From: Circinaria calcarea
Taxonomy: Eukaryota
Assembly: GCA_051942165.1 (NCBI GenBank)
Contig: JAVECS010000014.1
Location: 1 to 46,925 of the forward strand
Reading direction: 5' to 3'
Length of the DNA stretch: 46,925 nt
Under the pieces are notes generated by a model. That model was given only the letters and a program-made list of their open reading frames with translations. It did not search any database and was not told where the DNA came from. Numbering within the stretch: position 1 is the first letter of the stretch; each line of letters opens with the position of its first letter. Both the position numbers and the translations under genes were made by a program. Below are positions 1 through 13,626 of this stretch, one piece after another.

Positions 1-611
1 GTTATTGGGGAGGGAAGAGGGAGGGAGGGGGTAAAAGGGAGATTTTGGTGTTCAGGGTAGATAAGACGTGATGGTCGAAGGGAATAAGATTAATTTATTT
101 GGAAGGGGGAATTGGGACCTGCTAGCTACCGTCCAATCACGAGTACTACTTACCGCTTCTGCCTTTTTATCGTGCGGCTTACAAATCAGTTGCGTCACGG
201 CATCTGAAGTCGAAGGCTATGATTGATGCTGAGTGACCCCGTCCAAAGCCACAGAAGTTGTCGCAGTTTGGTAATCACGAGATGTCATCTAGGGACCAAG
301 CCAAAGACTGTCGTTGTTCATTTTAATTACCCTTGATCTCTAATCCAAATAACAATCTTCGTTCCTCATCTTTTCACAGCGAAGAGCCCCTTTGGAGTCT
401 GAGGGTGTAGCTGGCTGGGACGGCGGGCTCCACGCCATCAATGTAATATCCTCATATCCCAGCATTAAAGTCCGATCAATAACCACAACGCCATCGCTAC
501 CCGGTCAATCTGCGTGCATATTTAAAAAAGACATGATCAGCAAAAAACTCTCAATCACCTGTACGTGTTCATCCAACATAAAAACCATAATACCGTCGCA
601 ATGTCTCAATA

Positions 612-3600
612 TCAACGTGAAAGTTCCATACTTGAAGGACCAAATTCTTGACAGGTCCTCATATCTTCCAAGCAGTCAAGCATCACCTCCCTCACCTTTT
701 GTAGGACCACTACACGATCCCAGATGCCCCTCGACTTCCAAACAACTCCCATTAACGCGCTGTACACCTGTTCCAGCTGCTCCACCGAACAGGCACTGGT
801 ATCGTCCACCAGGTCTTCCATAAATGCATGGGTACGCGCGGCGTCAACGACCAGTGCAGGATGTGCCGCGGCCGGAACCGTCGCCACCGTAGTGGTAGGA
901 GGGGATGCGTTGAGGAGGGAGTGAATGCCGCTTGGACGCGGAAAAGGCGGGACTGTAGGTGCTTGGAAGTTCTGCTGCGACACAGGCCGGGACTGGGGCG
1001 AACTATCAGGATAGGTACCATGATTTGAAGTTTGTGATTGAGGATACTCTAGCCGCAGCATCTGATCTTGGCTACTCGCCTGGTGAGGAGGAGAGCTTTG
1101 AGTTTCCGGTAATTGCGAAGTCGGAGCTGCAGGCTCGGGATATTCGGAGAAGTTGGGACCAGTTCCGTCCCCACGGCTGTGGGAGCTTTGTGTGTTGTTT
1201 TGAGTGACAAAGGGCCCAGAAGAACCCGTGGCGTGCTTGTCAGATGAGGTCGTAGATGCTTCATTGGTATACATGTTGGGGTTCGACCCTTCGGCTAAGG
1301 GTGTCATGGCTGATTTCTGAGATAGACTTCCGGGATATGACATGCGTTGCTGCAAAGAAGCAGGTCCGCCAGTGTAGGAATGAAGAGGACGTGTCTGTGC
1401 AGAAGGTCCGAAGGAACTGTTCTGCGTTTCACGGTCGGTCGAAGGTCCTTGGCTGATCGTCATGTGTGTATCATCACCTCGCGAAGGGACGGAGGTACCG
1501 TTACTTTGACGGTGACCTTGGAGATCACTAAGGTCCGAAATGCCCGCAGAGTACCCTCCGTTGGTAAGGGTACTTGGTAGAGTGCTTGGCAGAGTACTCG
1601 GTTGTGATGTGTTTTTGGGTGTAATTGGATGATGCCGAGTACCGTTCGACAACGGCTGGCCCAGTACGACGGGTCCCGAGGACTGTTCCCCTGATGTGCC
1701 AAGGTCACCTGGCGGCACATTCGACAGAATGGGCCCTAGCTGCCGACCTTCAGCCGCCGCCAACCGCTTAGCCTTTTCGATCTTTTCTTGTTCCCTCTTG
1801 GCCTCCCGGATCCAAACTGCCTCGCACTCGGCAGTGAATACAGGGTCGGTTATGTCAAAAAGCTGGCCTATGTCCACCTCAACGTTGGCCTGCAACTCGT
1901 TCGCTTTCAGGAGTCTCTCCTGATCTCCAATTGCCTTCGCATCTCTTGTCATCTTTTTGACATCTGCTAGGAAGTCCCTTGGTCGCTTGTAGTATCCGTT
2001 AGAGAGGCGTTTCTCGATAGTGACGGTCTCCATGTTGTAGAAGAACTTTCCAGAAGCCTGTTCCCGAAGGCCGGGTTCGCCATTCTCGTCTACATCTTTC
2101 TCATACGGGCGAAAGTGTGTTGCAAGCCTTTGTTCATGGGGGAGGTCTGTACTAACCATACTTGGATCTTCTTCTTCATACAAGTATCGGATCTGGTTTT
2201 CGTCAATGACACCGGTACGGAATTTCTTGTACTTGTTCCTGATTTGATCCATGATAGGTTGTATACGAAGTTTTAGGACGTTAAGTGTCAATCTATCCTT
2301 TTTCTTCTGAGCTTTCAGCTCTTCTTTGGACGGCGGCTCAGGTGCTCTAGGTGCTTCTGGAGGTACAGGTAGCAGCCTCTCCTGAACGCGCTTCTTACGA
2401 TCAGTAGGCTCAGGAAAGTCTGCCGGGGACATGTTGATATAATCGATCACTGGGCCAAAAAATTCTCTTCGCCAAGGCTGTGGCCATATCAGCAGGGAAC
2501 TTGGTTAGGAAGGTTTCAGAACGTACTCTTTGAGGTTTCGTAAGTTCGAATTGGTTTCTTTTAGAAAACCCAAAAAGATCTCGAAGCATTTGATGATCTA
2601 CGTCCCGATGATCGCCTTCCAGGACCCCCAACACCAGCACCGGGTCGGTGGGAGCTAGCGAACGTAGAAGGCCAAGTAGTGTCGATATTGCTCCTTCACC
2701 AATGGTTCTGTACCAGACATCCACGTTTGGTATATAGATGACACTTGGCTTATGCCGCCGTACTTCAGTAAACAGTTGTACGACCGCTGCTTCAGGTGAC
2801 TGCAGGAAATTAGCCGTGAAAATGATTGCAGAGCAGACGACGCACCCTTGTAGAATCACCGAGCAGCGTTGCGAGATCGAAAGACTGAACGTGCAATCCT
2901 TCAAAATGATTAAGGAGAGCCGCGGCGAGGTATGACTGACCCATCCCAGGTAGTCCACGAATCAAGAGCCTTGGTCGAAAAACCTGAGACCGCTCGAACT
3001 CTAAACACCAATTAGTTGCTTAAGCGAGGACGGCCTGGTGTTTTCTCTCCTACCTTGCTGTATTCGCTCAGTCTTCATTCCCCTATCATCCTCGGCGTCC
3101 TCAAATTCGGCTTCCTCAAGTGCCGTCAAACGTTTCTTTTGAGGCAAAACCTCTGCTACAAGATTTTTTATCTCCGTGAGCGGAGTTCGTAAAAGAGGTT
3201 CGATAGTCTTTGGTAACGGCGCGGCAGCAGATGATGCAGATCGCTCTGAAGAAGGCACCATCTTCTTTAGGGATATCATAAAATCTTTAGCGGTGATGTT
3301 GATGGTCTCAGGCTTGATTTGCAGCTTCTCATTGGACTTGTAGATTTGGGGATATCTTCTTTGGACGGCGTTTAAGGCAGCCTCCGTACAAAGTGCCCGA
3401 ATATCAGCACCTCCATATCCCTTAGTTAGCTCAGACAGCTCGGTTTTCAGGCTGTTCGACAAGGGAGGTTCCCAGCCTTTGGTGTGAATCTCAAGGATTT
3501 TCCGTCTAGCTTCCGTGTTGGGCAAAGGAAAGTAGAACTCTCGGTCAAATCTACCAGGACGGCGCAGTGCAGGATCGATGGAATCAGGGCGATTGGTTGC

Positions 3601-6059
3601 ACCGATTACAATGACCTGGCCCCGACCGTCCATGCCGTCCATGAGGGCCAGTAGAGTGGATACGATAGAGGCGTGGATCTGCTCTTGCTTACTTGATCTC
3701 ACAGGGGCAAGACCTAATTTTGTTGTCAATACATCACTTTTATTCTCACTTGGGATACTCCTACCGTCGATTTCATCAAAGAAAATGATGCTGGGTTGCG
3801 TTTTCCTGGCTTCTTCAAAAAGGAGCCGAAGCTGACGCTCTGCCTCACCCACCCACTTGCTCAGGGCGTCAGCACCTTTACGCATGTAAAATGTTACCTT
3901 TCGACCTTGCGAGCTGACACTAGATGCCAAAGCTCGTGCTAGCAATGTTTTACCTGCATAAGCGTTAGCGGATTGCAGCGGAGCAGTTTACACGGCCGCG
4001 AAGGCATCAAGTATGTCTTACCTGTGCCAGGTGGACCATGAAAGAGCACACCTCGAGGTGGCGTGACATGAAATCGTTGAAAGACTTCTGGATAGAGAAG
4101 GGGTAAGGCGACCATTTCTTTCAACTGATCAATGTGGCCTTCTAATCCACCAACGCTATCAAAGTTAACATTCTGATCCACGCCCAAGGGGTCCGCATCC
4201 GCTAAAGCCTGCTTATCCTTTATCTTCCCAAGGTTTGCTGGAGTACCAGAAGGGCCCTGGATGGGATCCGAGCTATGGGTCTGGACAGCGGGGAAGAGAC
4301 CAAACCCTGCTGGAACAGTGGAGGTCGGAGTCATGCCAACTGTACCTCCAAGCCCTGCGATGCGCGGACGTTGCATGTTATCGTCATCGCTACTATCAGA
4401 ATCCACGCCTCCAGCTGCACCAGTCCCGCCGGGGCCACCAAGAACCGGAGGAGGGCCTCCTGCACCACCAAACGGCCCATATGTAGAGAATAAACTTCTC
4501 TGCCAAGCACCGCCGGCTCCACCACGGCCTTTTTTAGACGGTGTCGTGGCTGAAGGAGGCCCGTCATCGTCCATGGGAAGTGCCAAATCTGGACGGACGA
4601 TTCTATAGTCCACAGGTTTCCGTTTCCGCGTCTTTGGTCTATCGTCGTAGAGTATATTTGATCTTGGGTTGCGACGACGAGGTCTATCGCCGCCTAACTC
4701 CTCCAGTTCCTCGGCTAACTCTTCAGCATCTTCGCTGTCATGATCGTTTGACGGTGGTCGTCGCCTTCCACTAATTGCTCTGGCTTTCCCAAGGCGACCG
4801 GATCTTCGAGCGCCACTGCCACTATCCTCGGTTTCTTGCTGGCTACCTTTGCGTGGCGAGCTCTTGGAATCCTCCGAATCCGATATATTCTCTTCGGCGC
4901 CCTCTTCCGGTATAGGCTCAAAGTCACTGCCCTCGTCTTGGCCAGTTTTTTTGTTTCTCTGTGAGTTTCGAGTTTGGCTGGCCTGTCCTTTGGAACGAAG
5001 ATCACGACCCGACAAGCGCGATTCGTGACGACTGGGTGGGTTGTCTAGAGTATCATCGTTGGGCTTCTCCTCTCGCAGTCTAGTAAGCCTTCTACGTTCT
5101 TTGACGGGCTCTTCATCATCTTCTTCATCGAACGCAGCATCGTCGCCCGACTCTGGCACTACAGCAGGCTCGTTGATGCCTTCGCCTTCGACCCTCTGAC
5201 TTCCGCCTTGCCTGACAATCTCCGTCTCCGTCTTTTGCCGCAAATTGTCATCTTCTACATCCTCGCCCAAATCCTCACGGCTTGCTGCTATTTCAGGTTC
5301 CATGTCAAGGAAACTCTGCTGAGGCGCATCGTCTTCAGGTTCGTCCTTGGTTCGCCCGGAAGAGTCTTCTTCCTCCTCGACAATAGGGCTGGATGGAAGA
5401 TGCTTTAAACCTTTGCTACCCCTTGTCGGTCTCTTACTGACTCCTTCAGGACTTCGTGTACCAGGTCGGACGATCTCTGCATGATGGCCTGAATTCGTCA
5501 ATTCCACCATGGTCTCGGTCTCATCATGTGCGATCCGACTGCTGCGCCGGGTAGGTTCAGCCGTTGAGGGTCGCTTGGCACTAATACTGCTACTCCTTGG
5601 CCTTGCACTTCGTCTTACCGGACCTGGCGTTGACTGCGGCGTTTTCAAGTTGAGCTTCACCACAAGCCGTTTAGTCTTCTGTTTCTTTGCCGGTCGCTCT
5701 TCGACCACAGAATCTTCTTCCAAGAACTTTTCGTTTTCTTCGTCACTTTCCTGGTAAGTTACCTGTCGCCTCTTGGTTTGCCTTACCGGTCGGCCAGTGC
5801 CCGGATTGATTTCAGGTTCGGGTTCCTCATGTATGGTTCCCTCTTCAAACGAGTCTTCCGCAATCTCGCTATCACTGATATCCTCAGACCCATCTGCACC
5901 ATATCCAGTTTTCTGTCTCTTGCGTGCAGGTTTGCTCCGCTGAGGTTTCGATGCCCTGGAGCGCGCCGGACGAGAAGTGGACGCATCATAGTCCGAGTCC
6001 TCAGGGTCCGACTTGGTAGGATCGAACTCTTCGCGCACACGCTTGCCACGACTCGGCAT
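612..6059 (-). CDS. YTA7: AAA+ ATPase with bromodomain (Yta7/Abo1/ATAD2 family histone chaperone), 6 exons
   Basis: ORFs 3939-6059, 3001-3945, 2410-2958 and 612-2450 plus an unlisted exon join through GT-AG introns at 3954-4021, 3714-3764, 3001-3053, 2800-2845 and 2478-2526. The product has an acidic disordered N-terminus, Walker A GPPGTGKT, Walker B IIFFDEID, SRH ATNRPDSIDPALRRPGRFDRE, the family motif FYMRKGADALSKWVGEAERQL, a degenerate second AAA domain and a bromodomain-like segment (IEKRLSNGYY...FLADV). Confidence 0.95.
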
Positions 6060-7406
6060 GATGGATGATGGTTACTGCGTCGTCAAACACTATTCTTGTA
6101 TGTTAACAAGCCGCCGGCGGACAGAGTTTCGGGGATCAGGAGATTTGATAATGTCCAGCTCAAAGTAGATGGTCTTTGCGCATCCTCTCTCGTCAACTGC
6201 AATCACCTCTGTCCAACGCCAGTGTGAGGATGCTCCGGAGGTAGGGTGTCAGATCCGGAACTTGTTGTGTCTGCACGGTGGGTCGAAAGCTGTAGACAGT
6301 GGGCATGAGCAATGCAAACCACACACAGCTCCGTAGCCAGGATGTAGGACAGGCAAATGCGAAAGAATTATCGTCAGCGCCGAAGCCTTCCCCGACAATC
6401 CAGAATCCGACTTCCTGCTTTCTGCCTATGAGCCTATTCATCAAATCGCGCGGGCTGGGCATGATTCGACTCGCCAAGCGGCTTAGCGCGAATTCGGTGC
6501 AACACCGAAACAGGAAATTCCAAGTCTCCCGAACTGCAGCATCTCCAACCACATGAAGCTGGGAATGGAGACGCAACAATCAAACGACTGCCATTTGCCG
6601 TGAGGCGACCTTGGAGAGTCCGTTTCAATGCGGACCGCTCGACGGACGCCGTCGGGAATGGTTCCTTCCTTCTTTCTCCACCCCATCGTCTCCGATTCCT
6701 GCCATGGAAAGGACGGGCATGTCCAGCTCAGTCTTTCCAGACGATGCTACTGCCAGGTACCGCCGCTCAAAAAAGCTTATTGCCGATAAGGTCGTGTCAA
6801 AGATCTGCCCGAAACCAATTCGCCACTCACGTGACTCGGCGGGCTACGAAACACCGAAGTCTCCCTCAGCCCTACACTACGCTCGATGGAGGTCGGAGGT
6901 CGGAGTTCATAGAGCAGGTATATACAAGTAGGACACTCTAGATCCTGTAAACTACCGGAGGCTTCAAACAACCAAAAAGGCCAGTGACAACCAGGACTGA
7001 TTGATTAGGCCGCAGAGGCTGCATTCAATAGGAATGAAGCGCGAACATCCCTTGCCAAGGTCACGGTTGAGTATTCAAGGCCGGTTTGTGGCTATAACCC
7101 TTCTCTGCTGATGCGTGCTTCCCGATTGTAACGTGAAGCCACTTTGCCACATAGACCTGATCGAGCACCAAGCCTACACATACACCGCCCACAAAGCGCC
7201 TTGCAGTGCTCCCATCCCTGAGAGTTCCCGTGCTAGAATCATCCATGCATGCTAAGCAGAAATAGTCTGGTAACCTGCATGATATTCCAGCGGTCCTCGG
7301 TCATATGGCGTAGCTGCAGCCAGTGCCGTAGGATGTGTCCACATCTTCCCCATCACATCGCTTCTTCCTCTCCGAACGCCCCCCGGCCGACCCAACCTTT
7401 CTCTGA

Positions 7407-9453
7407 TCATCGAATGACACTCCATCTCTCCATCTTCCCTCCCACTCCATCACCCCCAACGCCATCCCTCTCTCGTTTGCCGAAACACTTCCAGAATCTT
7501 AGCGTTTCGTCTCCTGCTCCAGTAACGACAGTCTGTCCGTCCGGGCTCATAGCAAGATACAGCACCCTATAGGTATGCCCGGTCAAGCTTGCCACCTGCG
7601 TCATACTGGGGTACTTCCACACCACAATCTGATTTTGGGAGTATCCGTGCGTGCTGACAATCTCGTTGCTATTCTTACTCCAGGCTAAATTGCAGACTTG
7701 GGAGCCGGTATCGATTTCCTGAACCATGTTCCCTGTGGCTGTGTTCCAGAATTTGATCTTTCGATCTGCTGTACCACCGCCAGAAGCGAGAAGGGAGTGC
7801 TGGTGCGGTGACCAGGCGATAGCTTTAACTGCGGCGGTGTGATCACTGAATTTCCACATCGGTTTCTCAGATAGTTTATCCCAGACCATGAGTTTGTTGT
7901 CGTTTCCACCCGACGCGAGTTGCCCGTCGTCAGTGTTCCAGCGTAGGCCACAAACCTCCTGCTTATGACCTACAAGTTTGCGCAGGTACTGATCAGGCTG
8001 TCGCACATCACGGTGGTAAATAAGCCGATCTCGCGAACCAGAAGTCAAGATATGGTCGTTCCACGCTAGCGCGCCCACTCTGGCGGTATGACCAGTCATG
8101 GTCCGTAGCCGGCGCTCGCGTACAGCATCCCATATCTGTACAAGGCCTTTGTTCGTCCCTATTGCAATGTGAGACCCACGCTGAATCCAAGACACAGACG
8201 TGATGATATCGTCTTGGAGATCGCACAGCTGGGTCACACGTCCAGAAGCTGAGTTCCACATGTAAACACTTGATCCGAGGCCCACGCCAAGGATGTTACT
8301 ACTTCCCCAATCGACCAGATTAAGGTAAAAGTCGTCGGCTAAATCTGGTGCGTCAAGCACTTTGAATGGTACTTTACTGACTGCACGCGGGGCTTTGCGA
8401 GGACTCAAGAGAAGACGTTGACTATCGAATCGGACCGGTGAGAGGCTGTACAGATCTGATCGTGCATTAAGGTTTGGGCCATTCCGACTCTGTGGCGTAC
8501 GTGATGGGGTGGGATGGCCGGAAGCATTAGTGTGGTGGCGAGGTGACATGTACGTGAAAAGATTTTTGTGAGGGGTTGAGGGCGTGAGGCTTGCAGGTGG
8601 TAATGACGAAGAAGATACATTGGTCGGTGGTGTCCTTGACCTTGATGGATCGTTGATAGTGGTTGAGAGAGTCGAGGTATGCAAAGTAGGATCAGGTGAT
8701 AATGAAGGCGGTGTTGGTTGTGGTACGGACGTATCGAAAAGCTCCGAGCGGAGCAGTGTTGAAAAAGTGCGGTTTGCCTCCTCAGCTGCTCACCATCAGT
8801 CAGTGCGATCATGACTGTGGATATAGGTAAACCTACTTTTCTGAAAGTGAAGCTCCCCATGAGCTGGACGTCTCTTGGTCTTTGACGGAGTTCCTGGCGG
8901 TTGATCATCGTGTAGTAAGCTAAAGCTTGCCTGTAGATCCTGTCCTTCTCGGTTGGGGATGAATCTGTAAACAGGAAGATGTCAGCTCTCACATGTCCAC
9001 ATTCCCACAGATCCCGCTGCCCTCGGCAGCTTCAACACAATATTTTTAATACCGGGTCAACGTCGTATGACATGTACATGTCACCCCTGTTGAGCCGAAC
9101 TTCAAGCCTTTCAATTGCCCCTTTCCTTATACACTTGAAATCATTACTAACCTATCTCCGTAGATTCTTTGTCGTTTCCTACTCGGACTTGCTTGAGGCG
9201 TCCTCTCCCTCACCCGTCCAACTTCTTCATAATCCACCAGCGCTTTACTGAGAGCATCAGCGTTTATAGCCTCCGACACTTGCCTCTCTCGCCCAAGTGC
9301 CACGTCCCCGTTGAGGTGACTACGTTTGCCTGTGGCTTGAAGGGGAGGGGTCATGGTCTCTGGGGGCGACACCAAGACGGGCGCATGTGTTTGCTCAAAT
9401 GTTCCAGGTAATGTAGATGATAGGTGATGTGACTCGATTGTTGCTTCCCTCAT
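7407..9453 (-). CDS. CDH1: APC/C co-activator Cdh1/Fzr1/Srw1 (WD40), 3 exons
   Basis: Introns at 8965-9151 and 8786-8836. Splicing reconstitutes the C-box DRFIPNR. The WD40 propeller starts KVLDAPDLADDFYLNLVDW, there is a Cdh1-type SLSPV segment and many SP/TP sites, and the protein ends in the IR tail (..SVIR*). Confidence 0.95.
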
Positions 9454-11892
9454 GTTTTCAACGTAGGAGGCCCGATCTATTTTAAAGGCAGTCCTACCGC
9501 CGAGAGAGATTCTGGTCGCCGTTGAAGCGTTGCGCTATCACACGGATGCGTTGGCCGTAGTCCGATTCCTGACAGACAAGTTTTCCTCTCTGTATTCACT
9601 ACGACACATCCGCGGCCTGCTTCTGTGCACTGTCTGTGTCGGCGGTGGACCACAGCTCTTCCTCTACCACTGCATACTCGTCTTGTTGGTCCTTTGGAAT
9701 TTTGATCCGAGCTGCTTTTCCGAGCCGCCGAGCAATGCCGCAAAGACGTGACTCGGTCAAAATAACGGTGGATAGCGGTGGCTGGGGTCGTTGGATAAAG
9801 AATCGAGTTTCTGACTACTTATTCTAGCTCGGAAACGGCAGATGGCAGGTCGACCGCTCGCAAAGCAGGAGGCAATGGATCGAGGAGTTGATAGAGTCGA
9901 GGCAGCAATTGATCATCAGGACACTGCTGTCGGTCTTGGTGGCAAGGTGGATTCCTTCTGGCAGAGGAGTTCACAATGCTGTTAGCGCGACGTACAACCA
10001 GGACCTGACGTTCGCTCGCATTTTCAAAATAACCCAAACAGGCTAGGCCGTCGTTGCTACGCTTGCTGCTTTTGCTCGTGTGTGTTTCAAGACATGAGGA
10101 TGATTGGATATCGAACACAGCAAACACCTTTCTTCGCGTAGACACAACAACACTCAACACGTCCACGCTCGGGCTACCGCGACGGCCGTGGTCAATCACG
10201 CTTCGGGCTCAGACTCTATGCTGTGTTGATCCCTTTTGTTCAGACCTCAATAGGGGTTCAAAGGCTCGGTCTAAATTAAATAGGATGTCGAAGGGAATCA
10301 AATGATCGGAGTGAACCTACCCTTGGCTGGACGAAGTAGTATAAAGGCTTTGCTATGCCATTGTGTCTCCAGCATTTACCTCCGGTTTGCACGTAGTTCA
10401 GTGCCTCATGAACGTGAGCTATTTAATGCAGGCATACTATTGCGATGACCTACTCCGTACTGCGGACGCGTTCGCCTTCATTTACCAGATATCGTTCCTA
10501 CCAGTCACACACTTACTCGGTAGGGCCACCACATGGCTGCCCTCGCAGCTTACTAATAACTCTACTCAAACCACCATAATGAATTCTGGCAGTAGTCGAC
10601 CTGCTCGAGACTCACTCACCCAACTTCTTGCTTCGGACCAAAGGCGCGGTTCGGAAGGCTTGAGCTCTACCGCACAATGACTAGCGTTAGTGTTCGAGAT
10701 ATTAGTGACGGTGAAGGGATTGCAATCCTTTCTTGTGCCCAGTCGACAATTGACTTGATCAGGGTGGGGAGGTTTGCAGATTAGTGATTAAGCACCAGTG
10801 GTAGTCATGCCACTAAACCACCTGTCTACCTCAAGCCTCCAATCTGGGAGTTTCGTTTACAAGCTGGATGTTTGTAAAGAAGACTTACGAAAGTCGTCCA
10901 AGCATAATCTAAGTAGTAGGGGGGAGTCTAGCACGAGATTAGAAGATATAGACATTACCGAGTGATTACATGCTAATACATCCACGGTTCTAAGGAGCGT
11001 GGAGTTATGCCGGAAGGACCAAGAGCCCATTCCATCCTTTGATTTAGGCTGCTCAAGGCAAAGGGTTGCGGGATAAAGCCACTCCATTTAGCATATCCCC
11101 CGGTTGATTCGGGCTTTCATGAGTTGAACACGTTACACATCAACAATCCTTTGGCAAGAAATACCTCCAGAACTGCCGGTCAACTGAATCGCATAGAATA
11201 CGCCGACTTGACCTAAAAGTTTCAAAGCAAAGACGTGTGGCTGTTGTTAATAGAGCTCCATTTTGGAACTGAGACGTATGATTGAAATCAGAATCGGAGG
11301 GAAGTATCCCATCTGCATCCTCTGCTCATTCCAGGCCTCCTGACTCGAACCAGAAATAGCGGGTTCAAGGATTTCATGGTTCAATGCAGCAACGCCATGA
11401 ATGTGACTGCGGGTGGCAAGTAAGCCACTGAAGAGCCTACTCTATCGACACTCAACGGGACGAGCAGTATGATAGGGCGATCACAGATATGCCAACAAGT
11501 CACCAAAGCCCAAGAGTTGCTGCAGTAGACCGTTCGCGCTTAGGCGTAGGCAAACAGTCGGCTACCCCTTGCACGCGTCCGTGTCCGAGACTTCAAGAGA
11601 GTTGTTGTTGCTGCACTCGATGACAGGGATCCCCAGTCACAGTGCACGTGTCCACCAATCAAGGAAACCAGCTTCATCTTATCAATCATACTCTGCTCGC
11701 TTTCTTTCACGCTCGCTACACGATTAGACGCTTCTGGCTCTGGCCCTGGCCCGGTGATATATGATTGACACCATATATACATCCATAAGCTTTCAGCCGC
11801 TACGAAATCTACATCTTTACATTGGCCGCGCCGGTACCCGAACAGCCTTATTCGGATTCAACCGCCGTTGCTATAACCGTCACAGATCCACC

Positions 11893-13626
11893 ATGGCTGT
11901 CTCCGCTGAAGCTGCGCTCGACTTTCTCTCTTTTGTGAACGCCTCTCCTACTCGTAGGTTACCCAACTTGGCGACGGAATGTACTGGTGTATTTACCAGA
12001 AGCCAGCTTTCCACGTCGTGCATTCGGCCAAAGAGCGACTGGTGAAAGCAGGATTCGAGGAAGTCAAGGTGATTTATTTAAGCAGTACTACCACGTGGAT
12101 TGCCAACAGTTCACATAGGAGCGACAAGATTGGGCGACAACATGCAAACCGGGCGGGAAGTATTATCTGACTCGTAATGCATCGACGATCGTGGCATTTG
12201 CTATCGGCAAGCATTGGAAGGTTGGTATATCAGATAATTCCACGCATGTACCCGCTCAAGACGAGGCTATTGACTCCTCCAGCCCGGTAATCCAGTTGCT
12301 ATGATCGGGGCCCATACCGACTCTCCATGCCTCCGGATCAAGCCGATCAGTAAACGTCAGGGCGAGGGCTTCCTCCAGGTAGGCGTTGAGACATACGGCG
12401 GAGGGCTATGGCATACGTGTCTGTCACTGTTTCCAAGGATTGCTTAGGCGTAGTGTCTACCGCTGATGGGCTGCAGGGTTTGACCGAGACCTCAGTATAG
12501 CCGGCAGAGCAATGGTCAAGACGTCTCGAGGAGATTTCGTTCAGAAACTGATCAAGATAGACCGACCAAGTACCAAAGGACTCTTCGGGATTTCAACGGC
12601 ATACTGACTTCTGATGTAGTTCTGCGGATACCAACTTTGGCAATTCATTTAGACCGCCAAGAAAATTTTTCATTTAGCAAAGAAACACAGCTCTTTCCTA
12701 TCGCGGGACTGGTCGCTGCAGAACTCAACCGCCAGGGGAAGACGGAAGAAAGCGCAGAAAGAACCAACGTAGGTGGGAAAGAGTCTGACAGCACCTTTCA
12801 ACCACTGGAGACTCTTGCTGAACGGCATCATCCAATCATTGTTGAGCTGGTCGCAACTGAGGCTGGCGTGACTCCATCCGATGTAGTCGACTTTGAGATG
12901 ATCCTCTATGATACGCAGAAATCTTGCATCGGAGGGTTGAATAACGAGCTTATCTTTTCCCCACGGCTGGATAATCAAGAGATGTCCTTCTGCGCGACTA
13001 TGGGGTTGATCAACTCATTGGAGGCATCTGAATCACTTGAAAAGGAATCATCGATCCGGCTCATCTCACTTTTTGATCATGAGGAGATTGGTAGCAACAC
13101 AGCTCAGGGAGCCGACTCAAATCTTCTCCCCGCCGTCCTCCGTCGACTGTCTGTGCTCCCATCCGAAGGTGATCCATTCGAATCTTCGACAGCATTTGAG
13201 CAGACCTTGTCATCCTCATTTCTCATCTCCGCAGACATGGCCCATTCGGTAAACCCGAACTATGCGGGCAACTACGAAGCCAAACACCGGCCCGAGATGA
13301 ACAAAGGTACTGTCATCAAGATAAATGCCAATGCTCGTTACGCGACCAACTCACCGGGGATCGTGCTTCTACAAGAGATTGCTCGAGAGCAGAACGTTCC
13401 CCTGCAGCTCTTTGTCGTGAGCAACGTCTCCCCTTGCGGAAGTACGATAGGGCCAATGCTATCTGCGAAGTTGGGCACAAGAACTTTGGACTTGGGCAAT
13501 CCGCAACTCAGCATGCATAGCATAAGGGAGACCGGCGGAGTGTATGATGTTGAATACGGCATCCGACTTTTCGAGAGCTTCTTTGAGCACTACTCCGAGA
13601 TGGAAGGGAGAATATTTGTTGATTAG
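11893..13626 (+). CDS. APE4: Aspartyl aminopeptidase, M18 family (Ape4/DNPEP), 6 exons
   Basis: ATG 11893 is in a strong context (CCACCATGG). Introns at about 11954-12006, 12069-12118, 12221-12282, 12419-12476 and 12570-12619. Motifs: [77 protein letters not shown]. Confidence 0.93.

Noticed and set aside
1049..1079. Possible GC-AG intron (GCGAGT..TAG) in the last YTA7 exon
   Set aside because: Only 31 nt, no branch site, and it would frameshift an otherwise open exon.
1563..1600. 12-bp tandem repeat encoding STLP-STLP-STL in YTA7
   Set aside because: Ordinary slippage in a disordered region.
11325..11400. tRNA T-loop-like GGTTCGAGTC on the minus strand
   Set aside because: No proper 5-bp T stem with a 7-nt loop, and no acceptor stem or D arm could be built.
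9477..11782. Short ORFs between CDH1 and APE4
   Set aside because: No motifs or coherent splice model. Consistent with UTR and promoter DNA.
13417..13449. APE4 variant [11 protein letters not shown] instead of the usual V(R/A)NDSxCG(S/T)T
   Set aside because: Metal ligands and the VIKIN lysine are intact. One or two substitutions recalled from memory are too weak to claim altered specificity.
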